Shown here: positions 37,161 through 47,326 of the stretch, one piece after another
Numbering within the stretch: position 1 is the first letter of the stretch
Layout: each line of letters opens with the position of its first letter
Source: Alphaproteobacteria bacterium
Lineage (GTDB): Bacteria > Pseudomonadota > Alphaproteobacteria > Puniceispirillales > Puniceispirillaceae
Reading direction: 5' to 3'
DNA length: 64,000 nt
Assembly: GCA_016780775.1 (NCBI GenBank)
Contig: JADHLI010000008.1
Span: 23,681-87,680 of the forward strand
The notes under the pieces: generated by a model
The model's input: the letters and a program-made list of their open reading frames with translations, nothing else
The model's database searches: none
What the model was told of the DNA's origin: nothing
Made by a program: the position numbers and the translations under genes

Positions 37161-38558
37161 CTAGACGCTATCTTTGTTTTCCAGCGCTAACCTAGGCAGA
37201 CTATGTGATTGCACCCAATCTACCTGTCCTAAAACACCGCAAGATGGACAAACCATCTCCCACTGTAGCAACGCGCCATCACACGCCAAGCAATGCCAAC
37301 TCGCCGCATGCGGGGCATGGGCAGCAGCCAATAATGCTTCTTCTTTTTCCAGAATATTATCTGTATCCCTGCTATTGGCGCTATTTGCGTTTTCACTTTC
37401 TGAGGCAATGGCATGCTTTTTTACGGCTAATTCCGACGCAAGTAGGAAATATTTATTGGTTTGCCCAGCCACACTTACCTCTGTCAGCATTGACGAGGCA
37501 GATGCCCAAATCCCGCTTTGTAATGCGCGTTCTGCCACGATAAGGCGCGCTTCATCAGGGTTTGCCGAAGCTTCTGCTAGCTTGCCAAGACGGGCAATCA
37601 GCTGGCCATCATTGTCCCCAGAAAGCCTGGCAATCAGGTCAGCTAGCTGGACATGCGGAAAAGTTTTGAAATCTTTTTCCAGCCGCTTAAGTGCTGATTT
37701 TTTCTGCCCATCTGAAGCTAGAAGCGCTAGGCGGCGGCTAGCCTCTATCATGCGTGGGCTAAAATCAAGGGCGCGCTCTAAATACCCTTTTTTATCACCT
37801 GCACCTTCTTCAGATAAAAGAACGCATAAATGCGCCGCTAACAAAGAAGGCTTGGCAAGCTGGCCTGCTGCTAGCCCTTCTTGCATTCCAGCAGCGGCAA
37901 GCACACCCTCATCTTGGCGCAGAAAACCAGATAATTTATCCAGCGCATCGCGCCAACGCATCGCTCTTAGGTCATCTGCAAAAATCCGAATAGCAGCAGG
38001 GGACTGGGTATCTGAACGCGCCAATGCCTTATGTGCTGAGGCCAGACTTTGTGCCTCTTTTCCTTGCTCTTGATAGAGGCGCATCAAACCTAAATGCCCG
38101 AAATAGGCGGTATCTTCGTGGCGCGACAGGGCTGTGAAATAGCGCAAGGCTGCTTTAGCATCACCTGCGGCATGGGCAGCTTGCGCAGATAACAAGTCTG
38201 GCAGCAGACCAGAACCTAGGAGTTTTTCTGCCTTGCGAGCTTGGCGACGCGCAACTTTGTGGTCACCTGCCGCAAAGGCCACCATACCCAGCGAGAGGGC
38301 ACGTTCCCCTTTTTTATGACGGCGCAGTTGCCAGTTATGGCCTAGCCAACCTGGCCATAAGATCAACGCTTGAACCATCCTGTATAATAAAAATAAAAAC
38401 GCAATAAATAAAACAGCTGCCGCGATGGCAAGGCTGGTACGCAATTCTATTTGCCAGCCTGACCAAGTGATAAGGGTCATGCCAGTTTGTTTGGCAAGCC
38501 AGCTTATTAAGAACGCAGCACCGCCACATAATAAAATGAACTGAACCAGCCTTGCCAT
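37161..38558 (-). CDS. hemY: HemY-like heme biosynthesis-associated membrane protein (HemY_N domain, TPR-like, C-terminal zinc ribbon)
   Basis: 465 aa. Two N-terminal TM segments are followed by WQLRRHKKGERAL and TPR-like repeats. The C-terminus has CLACDG...CPSCG. The start overlaps the upstream stop by 1 nt (TAATG). Confidence 0.78.
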   Translation of the reverse strand: MARLVQFILLCGGAAFLISWLAKQTGMTLITWSGWQIELRTSLAIAAAVLFIAFLFLLYRMVQALILWPGWLGHNWQLRRHKKGERALSLGMVAFAAGDHKVARRQARKAEKLLGSGLLPDLLSAQAAHAAGDAKAALRYFTALSRHEDTAYFGHLGLMRLYQEQGKEAQSLASAHKALARSDTQSPAAIRIFADDLRAMRWRDALDKLSGFLRQDEGVLAAAGMQEGLAAGQLAKPSLLAAHLCVLLSEEGAGDKKGYLERALDFSPRMIEASRRLALLASDGQKKSALKRLEKDFKTFPHVQLADLIARLSGDNDGQLIARLGKLAEASANPDEARLIVAERALQSGIWASASSMLTEVSVAGQTNKYFLLASELAVKKHAIASESENANSANSRDTDNILEKEEALLAAAHAPHAASWHCLACDGALLQWEMVCPSCGVLGQVDWVQSHSLPRLALENKDSV

Positions 38559-39382
38559 TATTGTGACGTGCTTTCGCTAGAGGATTGAGGGCCGCGGGGC
38601 GCCTCTTCTGGTGTATCTTCTGTTTTGCGTATCGTTACAATATCCGAAAACCATTTAGCCATATTATCCAGCGGTACATCCGCCCATTTTGGCAACCATG
38701 TCTCATCTGTTGCTGACTGCTGGCCGTTAGGTTGGCTAATTTTTTGATTGGCCTGTTGATTGCCCAGTTGATTGGCCGGTTGATCGGCCAGCTCCTCATC
38801 GGCTTGATTACGATTAGCTGAGATATTTGCAGCCTCGTCCTTTATGTTGGCGCTGTTGTATGTCTGCTCTGTATTTTCTGCAGGCAATGTTGGTGGATTT
38901 AGGCTTTCCATTAAATTTTGCTGCGTTTTTTGTAATTTCTGAGCGAGGCTTTCTAGCTCTGCGCGCAGATTAACAGCTAGCGTTTCAGCCTGTTCGGTCG
39001 CCTGAGCCGTAAGCTTCTCTAAGTCTGTTTTCAGCGCACCACTCAAACCCTGTTGCTCAACCACAGTTTTGGCAAGTTCTGTTTGTGCGGCAGCCAAGCT
39101 TTCTAACGCAGATGAAAGCGCATCGACACGTGCGCTCAATTCAGCCTGTCTTTCATTCGCCATTTTAGTTGTCAGAACTGGCCATAATGCCAACCCCACC
39201 GCGACAAGCGATAACAGGGCAGCAAAGGCACTAATAAGCTCTGTCCGGCTGAATTTGCCTGCGGCTTTGCTGTCTGCTTCCCTATCTGCATCAATGATAA
39301 TCTCAGCAGCTGATAGACCTTCGTCAGCTTGCTCATTTTGGGCAGATTTAGGTTTATTGGTTTGTGGTTTGCGTTTCACCAT
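38558..39382 (-). CDS. HemX / alphaproteobacterial Mic60-position coiled-coil membrane protein
   Basis: 274 aa with one TM segment (LISAFAALLSLVAVGLALWPVL), a long coiled coil and a Q/N-rich repeat segment. It sits between hemD and hemY. Confidence 0.5.
   Translation of the reverse strand: MVKRKPQTNKPKSAQNEQADEGLSAAEIIIDADREADSKAAGKFSRTELISAFAALLSLVAVGLALWPVLTTKMANERQAELSARVDALSSALESLAAAQTELAKTVVEQQGLSGALKTDLEKLTAQATEQAETLAVNLRAELESLAQKLQKTQQNLMESLNPPTLPAENTEQTYNSANIKDEAANISANRNQADEELADQPANQLGNQQANQKISQPNGQQSATDETWLPKWADVPLDNMAKWFSDIVTIRKTEDTPEEAPRGPQSSSESTSQ
38744..38791. repeat. 4 x 12-bp in-frame tandem repeat inside the HemX/Mic60-position gene
   Basis: The units are TTGATTGGCCTG / TTGATTGCCCAG / TTGATTGGCCGG / TTGATCGGCCAG. 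They encode ...ADQPANQLGNQQANQ... Confidence 0.9.
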
Positions 39383-39475
39383 TTGCGTGCTGCTTCTAGC
39401 TAACTGTTTCTTTTTAGTATCTATAGGCTAACACATCTGGTCAATTTCAGCTTGTATCTTATAAGCAATTTTTTA

Positions 39476-40261
39476 TCATATTTGCCGCTGTGCCCATCCA
39501 ACAGCGCATGTCAGCAGTGCCTCCCGTCCTAGCTCTTCTGCGCAGATAGATAAAAAGCCTAAGTTTCCTACCCTTTCTGCGAGTGCCGGCGATTGCACGA
39601 TAAGGATAGGTTTATCCTGCCCAGACACTACTTGATTGGACATTGTTTGATTGGACAACATTTTATGGTGCGCCAGCATTTCAGCAAAGAGCGTAATGGT
39701 GCGCGCTGACATAGCGATTGCAGCAACGGGACGGCCAGTGGCCAGCGCATCTAAAAGCTGCTGGCATTCTGGGGCACGTGCAACGCTTTGATAGATGATC
39801 ACGCGCTCTGCGCGATGGCCAAGCTTGTTAAGCTCTTTTTCCATATCAAAGGCGATATCTGCCCCTGAAAGCCATAGAAAACTAGCCTTTTTATCAGCTA
39901 TGCTAGCGGCAATTACCTCTAGCAGGTGTGCAGCATCTGCCGTGCCAGCTTTAACTTTCATAAACCCGGCCCGCCTTAGTATTTCTGCACTTCCAGCACC
40001 CACACACCAAATCCGTCTTTGCGGGAACGCCGCACTATCATGATAAGCTGCCAGCATTCTAGCAGATTGTTTGCTGGTAATAAGTATTTCGGTATCCGGC
40101 ATGTTGCTAAGAGCTTCAAGCGCTGTGTCCAGCGCCGCATCATCGCCCTTAATAGCCATCATAGGCAGAGGGCTCGCCTCGATACCTGCCTCTTTAAGGA
40201 AGGCAACGTCCTCCACGCAATCTGGTTCTGGGCGCAGGCTAAATATCAGCGGCTTTGACAT
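39476..40261 (-). CDS. hemD: uroporphyrinogen-III synthase
   Basis: 261 aa. Sequence similarity is weak, as is typical for HemD. The position immediately downstream of hemC supports the call. Confidence 0.7.
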   Translation of the reverse strand: MSKPLIFSLRPEPDCVEDVAFLKEAGIEASPLPMMAIKGDDAALDTALEALSNMPDTEILITSKQSARMLAAYHDSAAFPQRRIWCVGAGSAEILRRAGFMKVKAGTADAAHLLEVIAASIADKKASFLWLSGADIAFDMEKELNKLGHRAERVIIYQSVARAPECQQLLDALATGRPVAAIAMSARTITLFAEMLAHHKMLSNQTMSNQVVSGQDKPILIVQSPALAERVGNLGFLSICAEELGREALLTCAVGWAQRQI

Positions 40262-40349
40262 GCTATGCCTCTTATTTTGTTCTAACTGCCAATAATGCCT
40301 CTATAACAGGTATATCTTTATACTAGTGATGCTGTTATTCAAGCCAACA

Positions 40350-41285
40350 CTAGGCCAGAAAACCGCGCCCCCCACAGGCAGAAAGCAATTCTTCGGCTAG
40401 GCGGTACCCAAGCATATCTGCCTCTTCTTTTGGGGCGCGTGCTTCGGCACGAAAACACGCCTTGCCATCTAGAGACAGAACCGCCCCGCGCAAATGTAAA
40501 TTCCCATCAGTTTCTAAGTCAGCCATAGCCGATATTGGCGTGCGGCAAGAACCATCCAGCCCTGCGAGCATGGCACGTTCAGCGCGTACGCATATCTGTG
40601 TCTGCACACAATTTAACTGCCCGATGAGGCTAGCAGCGGCCGTTGCACGTGCATCACCGCTCCGCACCTGAACCGCTAATGCACCTTGCGCAGCAGCAGC
40701 TGGCATCACCTCTTCATTCAGCAGGGTATACCCCTTATCTATGCCCAGCCGGCGCAAACCCGCAGCTGCCAGAATAATCGCATCAAACTCACCAGCCTCC
40801 AGACGTGCCAGCCGGCTATTCACATTTCCGCGCAACAGGCTAATGCGCAAATCGGGGCGGTAATAATGCAAACATGCTGAGCGGCGAACAGAAGCGGTGC
40901 CAATATGCGCGCCTTGCGGCAGCTCATCTAGATCAGCAAAAGGACCAACCAGCGCATCCCGCCTATCCTCGCGCGGGAGCACCGCCGCAATAGCGGTGCC
41001 ATCAGCGATATGTGTTTCCATATCTTTCATGGAATGCACCGCTGCATCCGCTTTACCAGAAAGCAGCGCCGCTTCTAGGGTTTTAACAAAGACGCCCTTG
41101 CCACCAACATCTACCAGCGGTCGGTCTAACACCTCATCACCTTTGGTAGACAAACCTAAAATTTCGGTATTACACGGTGCAAGCAGGGACTGTACCACAC
41201 GTGTCTGCACCATCGCTAACGCTGATTTGCGACTAGCCAGTACTAGTGGTGAGGGTTTAAAAATAGAAACCATTGCATTTGTCAT
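40350..41285 (-). CDS. hemC: hydroxymethylbilane synthase (porphobilinogen deaminase)
   Basis: LASRKSALAMVQT, GDEVLDRPL, GGKGVFVKTLE, AVHSMKDM, RRSACL... and the cofactor Cys region GSCRTPI are present. Confidence 0.93.
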   Translation of the reverse strand: MTNAMVSIFKPSPLVLASRKSALAMVQTRVVQSLLAPCNTEILGLSTKGDEVLDRPLVDVGGKGVFVKTLEAALLSGKADAAVHSMKDMETHIADGTAIAAVLPREDRRDALVGPFADLDELPQGAHIGTASVRRSACLHYYRPDLRISLLRGNVNSRLARLEAGEFDAIILAAAGLRRLGIDKGYTLLNEEVMPAAAAQGALAVQVRSGDARATAAASLIGQLNCVQTQICVRAERAMLAGLDGSCRTPISAMADLETDGNLHLRGAVLSLDGKACFRAEARAPKEEADMLGYRLAEELLSACGGRGFLA

Positions 41286-41349
41286 GCGGCTTTACTTCTC
41301 ACAATTAGGCCAATGCTGTAAAGCCTGAATTAAGGCAGCTGTTCCAGCC

Positions 41350-44241
41350 TTATTCTGCAACTTCGGCATATTCAGAAAGCGGTGGACAGGTACAAACCAA
41401 ATTGCGATCGCCAAACACATTATCAACTCGTGCGACAGGCGGCCAATATTTATCCGTTATTGCCCCTTCATCTGGCCGGCCAGCTATTTGGCGCTCATAG
41501 GGGTGATCCCAAGTTTGTGCCATCAACATGGACGCGGTGTGCGGCGCATTCACTAGCGGGTTATCATCACTCGGCCACATACCTTTTTCAACTTGCCTGA
41601 TTTCAGCACGAATAGATTTCATTGCTTGAATAAAACGGTCTAATTCGGCGCGACCTTCGCTTTCGGTTGGCTCTATCATCAGCGTGCCTGCAACCGGAAA
41701 GCTCATAGTTGGCGCATGGAAACCATAATCCATAAGCCGTTTAGCAATATCTTCTGCATCAATAGCTATAGCCTGTTTCAAGGGCCGGATATCCAAGATA
41801 ACTTCATGCGCAACATAGCCGCCCTCACCAGCATATAATACCGAATAGTCTTCTGCTAATTGGTTGGCTATATAATTGGCATTAAGGATGGCCAGCTGAC
41901 TAGCCTTGCGCAAACCATGCGTTCCCATCATCCGAATATAAGCATAAGAAATCGGCAAAATCAGGGGCGATCCAAACGGCGCCGCCGCTATTTGCCCTGT
42001 TTGTACCGAAGACCCATCACTAGCGCTTATATCCTTCAATTCAGGGGCTTGTCCATGATGTGGCAGGAACGGCGCTAAATGCGCACCAACCCCGATAGGC
42101 CCCATACCAGGTCCACCGCCGCCATGCGGAATACAAAAGGTTTTATGTAAATTCAGATGGCTTACATCCGCACCATAGCGACCTGGCTGTGCCAGACCCA
42201 CCTGAGCATTTAGATTAGCGCCATCTAAATAAACCTGACCGCCAGCGTCATGCACCCAATTGCAAATAGTGGTGATATCTTTTTCAAACACGCCATGGGT
42301 AGATGGGTAGGTAACCATCATTGCAGCCAGATTTTCTTTATGCGTATCTATTTTTTCACGCAAATCAGCTAGGTCAATATTGCCATCCTCATCACAGGCT
42401 ACAACCACCACTTGCATCCCTGCCATCTGGGCTGAGGCGGGGTTAGTACCATGGGCTGACTGAGCAATAAGGCAAATGGTACGGCTTGCCTGACCTTTGC
42501 TTTTCAAATAGCTTCGAATGGCCAGCAAGCCGGCATATTCGCCTTGCGCCCCTGAATTTGGCTGCATCGAGATAGCATCATAGCCTGTAATGGTGCAGAG
42601 CCAGTCTTTCAGCTCTTCTATCATGTTAATATAGCCTTGTGCCTGCTCTGCTGGGCAAAAGGGATGCATATCAGCAAATTCAGGCCAAGTAACCGGCATC
42701 ATCTCGGCAGCTGCATTCAGCTTCATGGTACAAGAACCAAGTGGTATCATTGTCCGGTCAAGCGCAAGATCGCGGTCAGAAAGGCGCCGCAAATAGCGCA
42801 TCATTTCTGTCTCCGAATGATGCAGATGAAACACTGGATGGGTCAGATAGTCAGACTGGCGCATCAGCGCATCAGGCAGGGTTTGCGCCTCTAGCTTTGC
42901 ATCGATCTCGCTAAAATCAGCTTCTACTGCAAAGAGCTGCCAAAGGGCAGCAACGATGTCTGCATTACAGGTCTCATCAAATGACAGGCTGACCCCGCCT
43001 TGGGTGCGGCGCAAATTAAAGCCAGCATCCACCGCACGCGCACAAATCGCCTCCGCTTCATCTGTCTTCACAAGCACCGTATCAAAAAATCTGCCCCCCA
43101 ATTCCATGCCCGCATCCGATAGGCCGGCAGCAAAAATAGAGGCTAAGCGATGCACGCGCGCAGCTATCTGATACAGACCCTTTGGCCCATGCCAGACCGC
43201 ATACATTGACGCCATAATGGCCAGCAGAGCTTGTGCGGTACAAATGTTTGAGGTCGCTTTTTCACGCCGTATATGCTGCTCGCGCGTTTGCAGAGCTAAC
43301 CGGTAAGCAGGCGCACCTTCTTTATCTATAGATACACCAATAATACGCCCAGGCAGCATCCGTTTATGCGCATCTGTCGTGGCCATAAAGGCCGCATGCG
43401 GGCCCCCATATCCCATCGGCACACCAAAGCGCTGGGCAGAGCCTATCGCCATATCCGCGCCAAGCTCCCCTGGCGGTACTAACAAGGCCAGACTAAGCAG
43501 ATCGCAGGCCATTATTACAAAACCACCCGCCTTCTTCACCGCTTCTATAGGCGCAGTACAATCTGGGATTTGACCATCTGTTCCGGGATAGGCCAATAGC
43601 ACGCCAAAACAGTCTTCGGCGATAAGATCGATTTGCGGGTTCCCAATTACAATCTGCCAGCCAAGCGGTTCAGCGCGAGTTTTCACCACCTCAATGACTT
43701 GTGCATGGCACTGGCTGTCTACAAAAAACATATCCCCTTTAATTTTAGAAACGCGGCGCGCTACCGCCATCGCTTCTGCAGCTGCGGTGGCCTCATCCAA
43801 AAGAGACGCATTTGCCATATCAAAGCCAGTTAGATCGCAAATCATCGTTTGAAAATTAAGCAAGGCTTCCAAACGGCCCTGACTAATCTCGGGCTGATAA
43901 GGGGTGTAGGCAGTATACCATGCTGGATTTTCCAAAATATTGCGTTGCAGAACTGGCGGGATAAGCGTGCCATAATAACCCTGACCAATCAGCGATTTCA
44001 GCAGTTTATTTTGCCCTGCAAATTCTTTCATAACCGCCAACAAGCTGGCCTCAGAAGCAGGTGAGCAAACCGCCATCTCTTCGGTCATTTGAATGCTTTT
44101 TGGCAAGATAGCCCTTGTCATCTGATCTAGAGAATCAAAACCAACAATCTCCAGCATTTCAGCTACATCGCTGTCAGATGGGCCGATATGGCGCTGAATA
44201 AAATCTTCCTCGCTTTGATACTCTAGCTCGCTATAACGCAT
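41350..44241 (-). CDS. gcvP: glycine dehydrogenase (decarboxylating), single-chain P protein
   Basis: About 963 aa, with FIQRHIGP at the N-terminus and the PLP-Lys region [17 protein letters not shown] prefer ATG 44241, which has GAGGG 6 nt upstream. The ORF-track start at 44253 is a GTG. Confidence 0.95.
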   Translation of the reverse strand: MRYSELEYQSEEDFIQRHIGPSDSDVAEMLEIVGFDSLDQMTRAILPKSIQMTEEMAVCSPASEASLLAVMKEFAGQNKLLKSLIGQGYYGTLIPPVLQRNILENPAWYTAYTPYQPEISQGRLEALLNFQTMICDLTGFDMANASLLDEATAAAEAMAVARRVSKIKGDMFFVDSQCHAQVIEVVKTRAEPLGWQIVIGNPQIDLIAEDCFGVLLAYPGTDGQIPDCTAPIEAVKKAGGFVIMACDLLSLALLVPPGELGADMAIGSAQRFGVPMGYGGPHAAFMATTDAHKRMLPGRIIGVSIDKEGAPAYRLALQTREQHIRREKATSNICTAQALLAIMASMYAVWHGPKGLYQIAARVHRLASIFAAGLSDAGMELGGRFFDTVLVKTDEAEAICARAVDAGFNLRRTQGGVSLSFDETCNADIVAALWQLFAVEADFSEIDAKLEAQTLPDALMRQSDYLTHPVFHLHHSETEMMRYLRRLSDRDLALDRTMIPLGSCTMKLNAAAEMMPVTWPEFADMHPFCPAEQAQGYINMIEELKDWLCTITGYDAISMQPNSGAQGEYAGLLAIRSYLKSKGQASRTICLIAQSAHGTNPASAQMAGMQVVVVACDEDGNIDLADLREKIDTHKENLAAMMVTYPSTHGVFEKDITTICNWVHDAGGQVYLDGANLNAQVGLAQPGRYGADVSHLNLHKTFCIPHGGGGPGMGPIGVGAHLAPFLPHHGQAPELKDISASDGSSVQTGQIAAAPFGSPLILPISYAYIRMMGTHGLRKASQLAILNANYIANQLAEDYSVLYAGEGGYVAHEVILDIRPLKQAIAIDAEDIAKRLMDYGFHAPTMSFPVAGTLMIEPTESEGRAELDRFIQAMKSIRAEIRQVEKGMWPSDDNPLVNAPHTASMLMAQTWDHPYERQIAGRPDEGAITDKYWPPVARVDNVFGDRNLVCTCPPLSEYAEVAE

Positions 44242-44266
44242 TATTGCCCTCACTATCTTTGCTCTG

Positions 44267-44329
44267 TTTTGTCTTAGTTTTGTCTTAGCTTTAACTTAGC
44301 TCTGGCTCTGGCTTTGCCTTTGGCTTTAA
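44267..44329. repeat. degenerate short tandem repeats (2-3 x 11 bp TTTTGTCTTAG, then 5 x 6 bp CTYTGG-like)
   Basis: Read directly in the gcvH-gcvP intercistronic gap. Confidence 0.85.
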
Positions 44330-44343
44330 ATTTAACGCTGCCT

Positions 44344-44706
44344 CTAGCTAACCAATGCCAGATAGGCAGCTTCATCCATCAGCTTATCTAGCTGGCTCAC
44401 ATCATCCATCTTTACTTTCACAAACCAGCCTGCGCCCATTGGCTCTGTGTTAACTTGTGCAGGATCATCACCAAGCGTTTCATTAATCTCAACCACTTCG
44501 CCTGTTACTGGCGCATAAACCGAAGAGGCAGCTTTAAAGCTTTCAACGGTTGCCATCTCGCCTCCTGAGCTAACTTTGGTGCCAATTTCCGGCAATTCTA
44601 CAAATACAATATCACCAAGCTCGCTTTGTGCATGGTCGGTAATGCCAATAGTTGCAATGTCCTCGTCAAGGCGAATCCATTCATGCTCTTGGGTAAATTT
44701 TTCCAT
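44344..44706 (-). CDS. gcvH: glycine cleavage system H protein
   Basis: 120 aa. The lipoyl-Lys motif region is VESFKAAS, where V-E-S-V-K-A is the canonical form. Confidence 0.93.
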   Translation of the reverse strand: MEKFTQEHEWIRLDEDIATIGITDHAQSELGDIVFVELPEIGTKVSSGGEMATVESFKAASSVYAPVTGEVVEINETLGDDPAQVNTEPMGAGWFVKVKMDDVSQLDKLMDEAAYLALVS

Positions 44707-44786
44707 CTTCTTGCTCCATAAGCTTGATAAATATTAGTCTGCTATTTTTTTCATTATTTTGCGCCATGCTTTTACGCACCCTGCCT

Positions 44787-45914
44787 TCAGCCACGATAAA
44801 ACCGGTGCGGTACAAAGGGCATTTTGATACGCTTTAGCTCTAGCCTTTTGCCGCGCACGTCCGCAAATAAAGGGGTATCTGCAGCCGCCTTGACGGCAAC
44901 CCGCAGCATAGCAATAGGCTGACCAACACAAGGTGAGGGCGCGCCAGAGGTTACAAGACCTACCTGATTGCCATCTGTTTCTGCGTCAAAAATCAACGCC
45001 CCACTTCGTGGCGGCACCCCTTTTGGAGCCAGAACCCCTATCCGGCACGTTGCCGCACCATCTTGCAATTCTGGCAAGGTGTATTCTGCGCCAACAAAGC
45101 CGCCTGCGCGCGCGCCGCCAATGCGCCTGATTTTAGGTATCGCCCATTGCAGGCTAGCCGCAGCCACGCTTATCGTTTCGTCCATATCCTGACCATAAAG
45201 GCATAGCCCGGCTTCCAGACGCAGGCTATCACGTGCGACAAGGCCCGCCATTTTAACCCGGCCATCACAGCAAAGTGCTGTAACAAATGCTTCTGCGACT
45301 GCTTCGGGTAAACTGATTTCAAACCCGTCCTCGCCGGTATAGCCTGATCTAGATAGCTGTATTTCTTGTCCTAAAAACTGGCTAGTTGCCACATCCATAA
45401 AGGCCATTTTTTCTGGTAGACGCAGATGCACTGCCACCACATCTGCAGCGGCCGGCCCTTGCACCGCGACAAGGGCGCGCTCACAACGGGAAATTTCAAA
45501 ACCAGATAGATGGGTCTGTAACCAGTTTTCATCCTTTTCTGCGCAAGCCGCATTCACAACTAAACGCACATAATGCCCAGCATTAATCACCATCAGGTCA
45601 TCAATAATCCCGCCACCTTCATTCAAAAACAGGCCATAACGTTGCTTATCTGCAGGCAAATCTATCAAATTGGCAGGAATAAGCCCTTCTAGAGCAGCTA
45701 AGATAGGCTCAGAGGTTCCAGATGAATGGGTGATATCTAGCTGCGCCATATGTGAGACATCAAACACAGCTGCCCCCTCGCGGCAGGCCATATGCTCTTT
45801 TAGCGCGCCATCCCCATAATTTAACGGCATCATATAGCCAGCAAAAGGTGCCATACGCGCCCCTTGCGCAATATGGTACGCATTAAGACAAGTTGTTTTC
45901 TCTTCGCTACCCAA
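44787..45914 (-). CDS. gcvT: glycine cleavage system aminomethyltransferase T
   Basis: 375 aa with GARMAPFAGYMMPLNY, FDVSHM and SRSGYTGEDGFEIS. The apparent start is TTG at 45914. Confidence 0.9.
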   Translation of the reverse strand: MGSEEKTTCLNAYHIAQGARMAPFAGYMMPLNYGDGALKEHMACREGAAVFDVSHMAQLDITHSSGTSEPILAALEGLIPANLIDLPADKQRYGLFLNEGGGIIDDLMVINAGHYVRLVVNAACAEKDENWLQTHLSGFEISRCERALVAVQGPAAADVVAVHLRLPEKMAFMDVATSQFLGQEIQLSRSGYTGEDGFEISLPEAVAEAFVTALCCDGRVKMAGLVARDSLRLEAGLCLYGQDMDETISVAAASLQWAIPKIRRIGGARAGGFVGAEYTLPELQDGAATCRIGVLAPKGVPPRSGALIFDAETDGNQVGLVTSGAPSPCVGQPIAMLRVAVKAAADTPLFADVRGKRLELKRIKMPFVPHRFYRG

Positions 45915-46173
45915 GCGCAGTTTTTATACCCCTAATTTTTTATCGCATCAGCGTATCACGTGCCGATGCCTCCAATGCTAATCAACCACCGCAGTGTCGA
46001 TCACTCCCCATGTTACAGTATTATAAAATTAAGCAAAGGAATCAACCTTGATTTCACCTAGTAAGATTAGGTCTCTCAGGTTTCTAAACCACGCTTTACC
46101 TCCCCCAATTTACCAATTATCGGTTATTGTCTATATAATCATCTAGAATAGCCAAAAGGTGCTATCCAAAAAC

Positions 46174-47283
46174 ATGAAAGCCCAATTTATGAACAGCACT
46201 GATAAGATTATTTCAGGTAAGATTATTTCAGGTAAGATTATTTTAGGCATTGAAAGCAGCTGTGATGAAACCGCTGCTGCATTGGTGCGCGCAGACCGTA
46301 CTATCCTTGCTCATCAAATCGCTTCTTCAGCCGAAATTCATGCAAGCTATGGCGGTGTTGTGCCTGAAATTGCTGCCCGCCAGCACCTAGATATCATTGA
46401 CAGGGTAGTAGAGAATGCCTTTGCTGAAGCTGGATTGACGCCAGCCGATATTGACGGGGTTGCGGCCACTGGCGGACCCGGGCTTATCGGCGGGGTGTTG
46501 GTTGGCACTATGACAGCCAAAGCGATGGCCCATACAAGAGACCTGCCTTTCTTTGCAGTTAACCACCTTGAGGGGCATGCCTTAACCGCCCGGCTGACCG
46601 ATGGTCTAAGCTTTCCCTTTTTATTGCTTCTGGTTTCTGGTGGGCATACCCAATTATTGAGCGTTTATGGCGCAGGCCAGTATAAAAGGCTAGGCACTAC
46701 CATGGATGATGCTGCAGGCGAAGCCTTTGACAAAGGCGCAGCTGTTTTGGGACTTGGTTATCCGGGCGGGCCAGCTATTCAGGCCGCAGCAAAAACAGGT
46801 AATAGCCGTGCCATTGCCCTGCCACGTCCCCGGAAAGGAGCCGCAGATTGTCATTTTTCTTTTTCAGGACTGAAAACAGCCTTAGCGCAAAAGTGGCAAA
46901 AAACTGATGATAAAAGCGCATCTGCCCAAGCTGATTTTGCCGCCAGCCTGCAAAGCGCCATTGCCGACTGCCTAATAGATAGAACTGCGCGCGCAATGGA
47001 AGTATTTGCACATGAGACAGGTCAGCGCCAACTTGTTATTGCTGGCGGTGTGGCCGCGAATATTGAAATTGGTAGCCGGTTGCGCGCGCTAGCTAGCGAG
47101 CTGTCCTTTACCCTTACGATACCCCCTGCTGCCCTTTGCACCGATAATGCAGCCATGATCGCATGGGTTGGCCATGAATATTTAGCGCAAGGCAAAAGTG
47201 ATTCGCTGGATTTTGCCCCGCGGCCACGCTGGCCTTTGGATAGTGCAGCATCCCCCCCACCGGGACGCGGCGTACGGCGCTAA
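46174..47283 (+). CDS. tsaD: tRNA N6-adenosine threonylcarbamoyltransferase
   Basis: ILGIESSCDETAAA, NHLEGH, LLVSGGHT and VIAGGVAAN are present. The start is ambiguous among GTG 46159, ATG 46174 and ATG 46189. Confidence 0.9.
   Translation: MKAQFMNSTDKIISGKIISGKIILGIESSCDETAAALVRADRTILAHQIASSAEIHASYGGVVPEIAARQHLDIIDRVVENAFAEAGLTPADIDGVAATGGPGLIGGVLVGTMTAKAMAHTRDLPFFAVNHLEGHALTARLTDGLSFPFLLLLVSGGHTQLLSVYGAGQYKRLGTTMDDAAGEAFDKGAAVLGLGYPGGPAIQAAAKTGNSRAIALPRPRKGAADCHFSFSGLKTALAQKWQKTDDKSASAQADFAASLQSAIADCLIDRTARAMEVFAHETGQRQLVIAGGVAANIEIGSRLRALASELSFTLTIPPAALCTDNAAMIAWVGHEYLAQGKSDSLDFAPRPRWPLDSAASPPPGRGVRR
46203..46247 (+). repeat. 3 x 15-bp in-frame tandem repeat in the 5' end of tsaD
   Basis: TAAGATTATTTCAGG x2 plus TAAGATTATTTTAGG, encoding (K)IISG-KIISG-KIILG. 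The last copy encodes the conserved ILG of the TsaD N-terminus. Confidence 0.95.
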
Positions 47284-47326
47284 ATAATTTCTGGTCATCC
47301 CCTAAGCGCCCATTATAATCAGCAAC

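Noticed and set aside
37174-38073. 299-aa ORF antisense to hemY. Similar long antisense ORFs occur at 15004-15723, 52336-53118, 19355-19912, 47389-47838 and 40897-41328.
   Set aside because: Each lies fully inside a well-supported gene on the opposite strand. They are Ala/Ser/Arg/Pro-rich low-complexity translations with no recognisable motifs or RBS. These are typical shadow ORFs.
45915-46158. Expected glycine riboswitch in the ~245-nt leader upstream of gcvT (minus strand)
   Set aside because: Reading the minus strand, I find only loose resemblances: CTGAGAGACC and GGGGAGTGATCGACACTGCGGTGG. The conserved cores GGAGAG...CACCGAAGGGGCAA...CTCAGGCAAAAGGAC are absent. A covariance-model scan would be decisive, but by eye the call is unsupported.
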